From assembly GCA_905330805.1 (NCBI GenBank), contig CAJNWK010000397.1, positions 60,644-71,595 on the forward strand: a stretch of DNA of 10,952 bases, given 5' to 3'. Numbering within the stretch: the stretch's first letter is position 1; the number at the start of each line of letters is the position of its first letter. The stretch comes from Rotaria sp. Taxonomy: Eukaryota. Below are positions 1 to 10,952 of this stretch, piece after piece. A program made the position numbers and the translations under genes. The notes below the pieces were generated by a model. The model had not been told where the DNA came from. It searched no databases and saw only the letters and a list, made by a program, of their open reading frames with translations.

Positions 1-206
1 TGGCAAATATATTTGGTAAAAATAAAAAATTTCTCTTATCGAAATCTCATTTGATAATCTTAACGTTTTGAATATGTTCTCGAATGAGATTTTTATATTT
101 AGCCTTATGTATAATTTTCATAAAAAGCTTCGCTCTGAAAATAACTATTCATATCTTCATCATCAATGAAAAAATCTTTGATATGCATACCATCCTATCA
201 ACTAAC

Positions 207-270
207 CTGTCTGTTGACAAATATTCTGCAAGTCTTCTTGTTGAAGCATAATACTTGCATTGGAACCCAT
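207..270 (-). CDS. Probable first coding exon (partial gene) of a calcineurin B homologous protein (CHP1/CHP2-like) EF-hand protein; remaining exons lie beyond the left edge
   Basis: The reverse complement reads ATGGGTTCCAATGCAAGTATTATGCTTCAACAAGAAGACTTGCAGAATATTTGTCAACAGACAG|gttag = MGSNASIMLQQEDLQNICQQTG (last codon split). It aligns without gaps to the CHP1 N-terminus as recalled, MGSRASTLLRDEELEEIKKETG, keeps the MGSxxS myristoylation start, and has a donor at the corresponding place. Confidence 0.65.
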
Positions 271-289
271 CGTGATAAAGAATATTAAT

Positions 290-291
290 CT
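290..291 (-). other. Splice-acceptor-like AG 19 nt upstream of the CHP-like ATG
   Basis: Reverse complement ttatttctatacattttag|ATTAATATTCTTTATCACG-ATG. Confidence 0.4.
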
Positions 292-612
292 AAAATGTAT
301 AGAAATAACTAAAGCAAACATACTCATATTGAAGTGGAATCAAGCCAAAGGCTTATGACCTCTTACATCAATGCAACATGCATAGCGCATGACTATCAAT
401 TAAATATCCAACGTAGTATTAAAATCGATTTGTTCATGTAGTTATTATTTTTTTTTTTTTATGTTAAATGTTGTTATTAAGCGAAGTAATACAAAAGAAT
501 CATCAAGGATTTTGTTCGTTAACAAGAAAAAAGAACTTAACAATCAATAACAACAAGTTCGAAATAAAAAAAAAGAGTTACGCTTTGCGATGAAAAAAAA
601 AGCAAAAAACAT

Positions 613-5451
<4,839 letters not shown>

Positions 5452-5467
5452 TTTTTGAACGATTAAT

Positions 5468-5469
5468 CT
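5468..5469 (-). other. Splice-acceptor-like AG 16 nt upstream of the CCT5 ATG (trans-splice site or 5'UTR intron end)
   Basis: Reverse complement tttttttatatgatttag|ATTAATCGTTCAAAAA-ATG. Confidence 0.45.
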
Positions 5470-5851
5470 AAATCATATAAAAAAATCGATAACGTTAAAT
5501 AATTGTAAAAAGCATAAAGAGAGATTTAAGCGATAAATCTATCATCACAGTTACATCGATTATTTGTTTATATCCAATCCTGTTGAATAATTCTATACGC
5601 TGTTGTACTAACGATTGGTAGAATATTTAATTACGCATTTAATATATGTTAATTCATAAAAAAGATTGAAAAATTATTAAATAAATTAATCATTATGAAC
5701 TCTAAATTCAAAAGTTCAATTAATATTTCAAAAGTAACACATTACAGAGGTCAGTGCTTAGTAACAAGTAGTTTATAAGTTCAATGATAGATGGCAGTGA
5801 TCATTCATCATTATATTTTTGGAGACGATTAAATATTTGATAAAAACTTAC

Positions 5852-5853
5852 AG
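5852..5853 (+). other. Splice-acceptor-like AG 3 nt upstream of the FAM221-like ATG
   Basis: ttgataaaaacttacag|GCA-ATG. Confidence 0.4.
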
Positions 5854-5856
5854 GCA

Positions 5857-8213
5857 ATGAACAAACGTTCGACACCAGGTTAAAGTAGGAATAGTTTTTC
5901 GCTTTTGTATATTCCATCATATGTCATATTCACGCTAGATATTTCATTTTATTCTTGTCATTATCGAACTTTTTATTTGACGTTGATAGGATCTCAACAG
6001 CAGCGACCATCTGCTTCATATCGATCATCGTCTGTCGATGTTCCACGTAAGCCTCTTGAAGTTGTTTCTTGTTTGCTAAAAAAAAGCCATTTTGTAAATA
6101 TGTAATAGGTTCAGCTAATCGGTCATTGGTACCAACAAATTCTCGAAATAATGCATTAGAACGTGTTGCACAAAATCCAATTCGTTTTCATGAAGAAAAT
6201 GGAATGATGGTTCCTGATGGTCGGATATTTTTTATTGAATATATTATCTTATTATTCTTATACATATAGGTTACACATCAAGACAAATTCGTCCAGCTGC
6301 ACGAGCTGATGTTGTAAGTAGATTACTGTTTCAAAAAAAAAAAAAAAAATTTTTTTTTTCTTTGTTTTATTATCAAAGGTAACAATGGCTCGAGCAATGA
6401 ATCGTGACTTTGCTCCAAAAGCAAAAGCAATGTTTCAAAGTGAAATTGATGCAGCACGTGATGCTGTTGAACAAGATCTTTATATAAGTTATCGACAACC
6501 AGGAAAAGATTTTGATTGCTATCGAATAGGATCTACTGGAAAATGTTTTTGTGCTCATACACTTAGTGAACATGTTAAATTTAATGGTATTGATTTTTGA
6601 ATATTGTTTTTCTTATCGATTTATTTTCTTTTTCTTTTTAATACATAACAAAAGGAAAAAACAATCGTTTGAAATGTCGATCAGCTAATTGTGCATGTGA
6701 AGCATTTGCTTATATTCCATCACGACCTGATGAAGTTGGAGAATTTTGGTTAACAAAACGACCAGGTTTTGATGCATCAACATGGCGTGCTAAATGCAAA
6801 TGTGGTCATGCACATGATCGACATGAACCGAAATTTAAACGATGTAAAGGTTTGTTGTTATTTTTGATTTAGAAATATTTTTTAAGAGTATTATTATTTT
6901 TGTTTTTTTTTATTCAGAATGTAGTTGTAGTAATTTTGTTTCAAATTTTTTATGTGCTGCTTGTAATACACATTGGGAACAACATGAAACATTTTTTGAA
7001 CGTGGTAGTGAACGTGAACAACAAAAATTACCAACTGGAGAATTTTATATGCCATTTGCTGAATTACCTGATATGCAACAAGTCATTTTGACAGGATCAG
7101 ATGCACATATGCCAAGTCCATATTTAGATGCAGCACCAAGACGATCTGTTCAACAAGGTGGAGATACACGTGGACGAGCAGCTGCATTACGTAAGTTTCT
7201 ATTTTTAAATAAGAATTTAGAAAATTAATCCATGAAATCATATTAATACTTTATGGAACTTACGTTCTATTGTTTTCGAAAAAATACATATATAATGAAT
7301 GTAAGTTTTAAGCCGAGCTTTTGTGTGACCTACCTTCTGTCCAAAGCAACGAGGAAGGAAGGGAAGTCAACAACAAGCGGGTACGTTTCTATAGCAACCA
7401 AGGTCAACAAGCGTTAGATTCCTTTTCTGAAGTTTCTAAGCAACGAAAAAGAGTGCTGAACAGCATTAACATTAACATATAGATTGTTTTAAAATCTTTC
7501 TTGAAATAGTACAGCTTTTGAGTTTTGCATAGATAAAAATTTATATTAAATATGTCAATGATAATGGATAGCGATGTATTGATCTGCCAATGTTGTCATA
7601 TGATTAACATAAAACCTTAAACTGATCAACATCAGTGTGTTTCTGAGTCTGTCAAGATAAATAATAATATGTTGAGACCTTCTATAGATATAATAGATGT
7701 GTATAACAGACTTATTTACCATGCAATAAGGCAAACAAAAAATAGAGCATCAGTATAAGAAAAACTTCTATTTGAAATACAGAAATAAATAAGACAGATA
7801 CATTCTCTAGTGATCAATTATCCTTGGAAAACAACTATAATCTGCTGATGATTTTTTATGTTACATTTTTTGTATTAATATACTGATGCTCGAGTTCTTG
7901 ACACAGATGAGTTATAAAATAATTCACAATTTCAATATGTTATAGAAGAGACTTATTAAAAAGACGAATCTAACAGAGTTTACAAGTGTCTGATACTATT
8001 AACAAGAGTGTGGATGTATTCTTACTCACACTCACATATTAACGCCAAAGGAACTGCATTGATAGATTTTTTTTAGAAACACAAAATCGTGCAGCAATTG
8101 GTTATGAACAATATGCGAATCCATCAACGCGTAATGACCGTGCCACGAATGCGAGTAATAGAAGTCCTGTACGAGGTCCATTACGTGGTAGTCATCGAGC
8201 AACTGAAGAATGA
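5857..8213 (+). CDS. FAM221B-like: FAM221 family protein (FAM221B-like), Cys-rich, complete, 8 exons
   Basis: Plus-strand exons: 5857-5878, 5990-6046, 6109-6219, 6270-6313, 6379-6586, 6655-6849, 6918-7190, 8077-8213. Introns are GT-AG and in phase. Total is 1047 nt = 348 aa + TGA. The core DFDCYRIGSTGKCFCAHTLSEHVKFNGKNNRLKCRSANCACEAFAYIPSRPDEVGEFWLTKRPGFDASTWRAKCKCGHAHDRHEPKFKRCKGECSCSNFVSNFLCAACNTHWEQHETFFE resembles the conserved Cys/His region of animal FAM221A/B. The 22-nt first exon (MNKRSTP) is the least certain part. Confidence 0.87.
6333..6359 (+). repeat. A17/T10 homopolymer junction inside a 65-bp intron
   Basis: Run of 17 A then 10 T between the donor at 6314 and the acceptor at 6378. 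Confidence 0.9.
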
Positions 8214-8757
8214 ACATAAAACAGACTTTTTTTTTTTGATAATGTGACCGGTGCCGCTTGTTGTTTTATTTTTTTTTTTCTTAATATGTATATTTCACTT
8301 CGTAATAGTTATCCTAGCTTATTCACTCAGTGCAGAATTTTGGGAGCTACAAACACATTCAAAAACTGTAGTTTTTTTTTTAACAATATACACTAAATCA
8401 TTTCCTATTTGACAGAGAATAAAGAAACAATACAAAACAACAACATTAATCTCGTTCTTTAAACATTATACAACAGTAAAATGATAGATTATAAGTATTT
8501 CATATGATGAGTTGGATCGTCATTTATTTGAGCTAAATCGATGTTCTTCCAAAGCTTTACTTTATATTATACTTGGTTGTTTTGTTGTATAATGTTTCGC
8601 TTGCTTGAATCAATTTGCAATTATTTGATAATAAAGATTGACCTTTCACTATTAATACAATATTAAGAAAAAATACCATTTTCTATTCATTGATCTATTA
8701 CAAAGAAAAAAGCAAACATTAATTTCTCTTTTTTTTTTTAAATAATCAAAACAAAAA

Positions 8758-9618
8758 TTAGGTTTCTAGATTACTTTTTATGACCCACGCTTCCCATAGC
8801 ATTGTGTAATGATATTTAATTTGATGAGTTCTTTCTAATGCTTGTTCAATTTGACAATAAATACATGATGATCCAGTTAAAAAGTTCATATGTGATCCAA
8901 ATTGTATAATTCGAAAATATTGTGTCATATTATTAAGAATAAGAGCAGGTAAAATTTCAAATTCACAACCTTCACAATTTATACTAATCATATCAATTAT
9001 TCCATGTTGTGTTCTTGTTTTTCGAATATTTTCAATAACTTGAACAACATCACGTAACTGAATTTGTTCAATTTTTGATGAATTTTTTTTGGATAATTTT
9101 CGAAAAATACTTGTACCAGCATTATCAGTATCGAATGGTTCAATTGATAGATTTCTTGCTCGATTACCAAGTCCATAGGATTGAATTTCTATTTTTGGAT
9201 TTTTTTGAAATTTTTCTCTTAATGCTTTTGACATTTGTAATAATGGTTCGAAACTAATTATTGAAGGATTGTACAATGCAATAAATTGAGATGTATCAAG
9301 TCCAGTATTTCCGCCTACTTCAATAATAAGTGAAGAAGAATTTAATAAATTTTTAAAAGCTGTATGACGTATTCCTTGGACAGACCAGAAACTATCATCT
9401 CGACTTTGTTTTAAACATTTTTCATATTTTGAAATATTGATGTGAGGAAAGTTCTTCCAAGTATCACACGAAAATGTTTCATTAATAGATGGTACGGTAG
9501 AACTAGAAAAAGAAGTAGTTAACGTAGATAAATTGGTATTTGATTTTAAGAAGTATAACATTGGAAAACAAGTTATGACAGTTGCCAAAGCAGCAATAAA
9601 TTTAAAACGTGTACTCAT
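8758..9618 (-). CDS. FkbM-family SAM-dependent methyltransferase with N-terminal signal anchor, single exon
   Basis: Uninterrupted 286-aa ORF. N-terminal hydrophobic segment FKFIAALATVITCFPMLYFL. SAM-binding-like LIIEVGGNTGLDTSQFIALYNPSIISFEPL and FkbM-like IDMISINCEGCEFEILPALILNNM followed by FRIIQFGSHMNFL. C-terminal WEAWVIKSN. Confidence 0.85.
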   Translation of the reverse strand: MSTRFKFIAALATVITCFPMLYFLKSNTNLSTLTTSFSSSTVPSINETFSCDTWKNFPHINISKYEKCLKQSRDDSFWSVQGIRHTAFKNLLNSSSLIIEVGGNTGLDTSQFIALYNPSIISFEPLLQMSKALREKFQKNPKIEIQSYGLGNRARNLSIEPFDTDNAGTSIFRKLSKKNSSKIEQIQLRDVVQVIENIRKTRTQHGIIDMISINCEGCEFEILPALILNNMTQYFRIIQFGSHMNFLTGSSCIYCQIEQALERTHQIKYHYTMLWEAWVIKSNLET

Positions 9619-9804
9619 TTTAAATAATGATAGTTGCCAATTAATTTAATCAATTTATAAATAGGAAGAATAATTAATTTTAATGTAAATTTATTTCTTC
9701 AATGAAATTCTATTGTCTAAAAAAGAGAATTACATTAAATGATTATTGTACAACTGAATTGCCAGAATTGATTCATCACTTTGAGATCATATTTTATATA
9801 TGTT

Positions 9805-9868
9805 GAGAGATTTTCTAGAATAGAATAAACTGGAAAGGATTTCAATCTATGGAGTTCTCAATATCGAT
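9805..9868 (+). repeat. Left terminal inverted repeat of the 9.8-10.5 kb element
   Basis: Pairs with 10448-10510. Confidence 0.72.
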
Positions 9869-10447
9869 CTTTTTTCAGATATGCAATGTTTCAAATCTGT
9901 GAAAGGCGACAATAAGTTTCGTAGTAGTTTTTGACCTCAGAACTGGATACACATAGGTTTGTAGATAAAGACTTTCTGTCTAATGGTATACGTAATATGA
10001 AGTTCCATCGTGTACTGTTGAGATATCAATAGAGGGCACTACCACCGATGCATTCTATTATGATGAATACTTCGAGAAGGAAGCAATCATTTTGACTGAA
10101 ACTTTAAGATTATTCTCGGAGCTATGATTTAGAACACATCGGGTATAATGTGAATTCAGGTCTGAAACCTTTCCGCCTAGCCTTACTCTCAAAGGAAGAG
10201 CAAATTTTAACTAGATTCTTAAGACATCACAGTTAAGATGTTAGCTACCCAATACAAATAATTGAAAAAAACGTATCTTATACCTGCGGAGCAATTACAA
10301 AATGTAGATCTAAAAATTTTATATAGAATAAGGATCGAATCTGGATCTAAAACTTTTGAATCTTACCGACTCTAATGCAAGAGATCTATTTATCATCTAC
10401 ATGGTTATATTCTGCTCTATAGTAAGAGTGTAGGAAAACTGTCGTAA

Positions 10448-10510
10448 ATCTGTATGGAAAACTTATAGATCGGAATCCTGTTCGGTTTATTCTATTCTAG
10501 AGAATCCCTC
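10448..10510 (-). repeat. Right terminal inverted repeat of the 9.8-10.5 kb element
   Basis: Pairs with 9805-9868. Confidence 0.72.
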
Positions 10511-10952
10511 TATACAACTAAAACATGAACTCAATGTAATGAATTATTCCAAGGAGTTCCTCATTAAAAGAAAGCTGTTAGTCAAATTTGTAACTTTTCT
10601 AATTCTAATTGCGCTATCTTGACATACAAAACACTTATTTAGAGAAGGAGAATGAAAGCGAAAAAAACAGTCTTAGTAAATAAAGACAATAGAATATTCA
10701 ATTATAAAAACAAAAAGATAGACAGCGATAACATAGTAACACATGAAACAATGCGTGAGTTATTCGTAACATGCGACGTAAATCTTACATGTTTTTGAGC
10801 AGTGATCACATTTCGAAAAGAAACTAGGGAAGAAAGAGAGAAAAAGAAATGCATGTTCGGCCTAAATCAAAGAAGTTTGGTATTGATTTCAGCACACAGA
10901 AAAAATTAAATAGTCAGAACAGTGTCAAATAACTTCGATAGAAGATTTCGAA

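Larger units (their letters stand above)
5452..5856. promoter_or_regulatory. Divergent intergenic region between CCT5 and the FAM221-like gene; presumed to hold both promoters
   Basis: Only 405 bp separates the two opposing start codons. No specific promoter motif is claimed. Confidence 0.45.
9805..10510. mobile_element. Candidate MITE-like / non-autonomous DNA transposon (about 0.7 kb) bounded by terminal inverted repeats
   Basis: Left 9805-9850 GAGAGATTTTCTAGAATAGAATAAACTGGAAAGGATTTCAATCTAT versus the reverse complement of 10465-10510 GAGGGATTCTCTAGAATAGAATAAACCGAACAGGATTCCGATCTAT: 39/46 identical with a 17-bp exact core (TCTAGAATAGAATAAAC). Weaker similarity continues inward to about 9868 and 10448. 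No coding capacity seen. Confidence 0.72.

Noticed and set aside
5905-6105. 66-aa plus-strand ORF starting MYIPSYVIF
   Set aside because: Runs through the inferred intron 5879-5989 and reads past the donor at 6047; only the GSQQQRPSASYRSSSVDVPR part is coding.
6373-6573. 66-aa minus-strand ORF
   Set aside because: Antisense shadow of FAM221-like exon 5 (6379-6586).
6900-7091. 63-aa plus-strand ORF MFFFIQNVV...
   Set aside because: Alternate frame over FAM221-like exon 7 (ECSCSNFVSNFLCAAC...), low-complexity translation.
8032-8217. 61-aa minus-strand ORF
   Set aside because: Antisense to the last FAM221-like exon.
9244-9252. GGTTCGAAC resembling a tRNA B box
   Set aside because: Lies in the FkbM coding sequence, with no A box or cloverleaf around it.
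9075-9257. 60-aa plus-strand ORF
   Set aside because: Antisense to the FkbM ORF, no recognisable domain.

Overview
AT-rich eukaryotic window with short introns (mostly 47-111 bp), possibly from a bdelloid rotifer or similar animal (the taxon is inference only). Hand splicing on both strands gives four genes. (1) Minus strand: a complete 10-exon CCT5 (TCP-1/CCT chaperonin epsilon) gene, 5451..613, spliced CDS 1626 nt = 541 aa. (2) Plus strand, divergent from CCT5: an 8-exon FAM221-family (FAM221B-like) gene, 5857..8213, 348 aa. (3) Minus strand: an intronless FkbM-type methyltransferase with an N-terminal membrane anchor, 8758..9618, 286 aa. (4) Minus strand, absent from the ORF track: a probable first exon of a calcineurin-B-homologous (CHP1-like) EF-hand gene at 207..270, encoding MGSNASIMLQQEDLQNICQQTG. 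Two previously unlabelled inverted-repeat-bounded segments resemble non-autonomous DNA transposons. One (3753..4960, 57-bp TIRs, 43/57 identical) sits in CCT5 intron 3; the other (9805..10510, 46-bp TIR core, 39/46 identical) lies upstream of the FkbM gene. Three genes have a splice-acceptor-like motif 3-19 nt before the ATG, which suggests spliced-leader trans-splicing; CCT5 and the CHP-like gene are same-strand neighbours with a 342-bp gap. I found no convincing new defence-like or multi-gene system.
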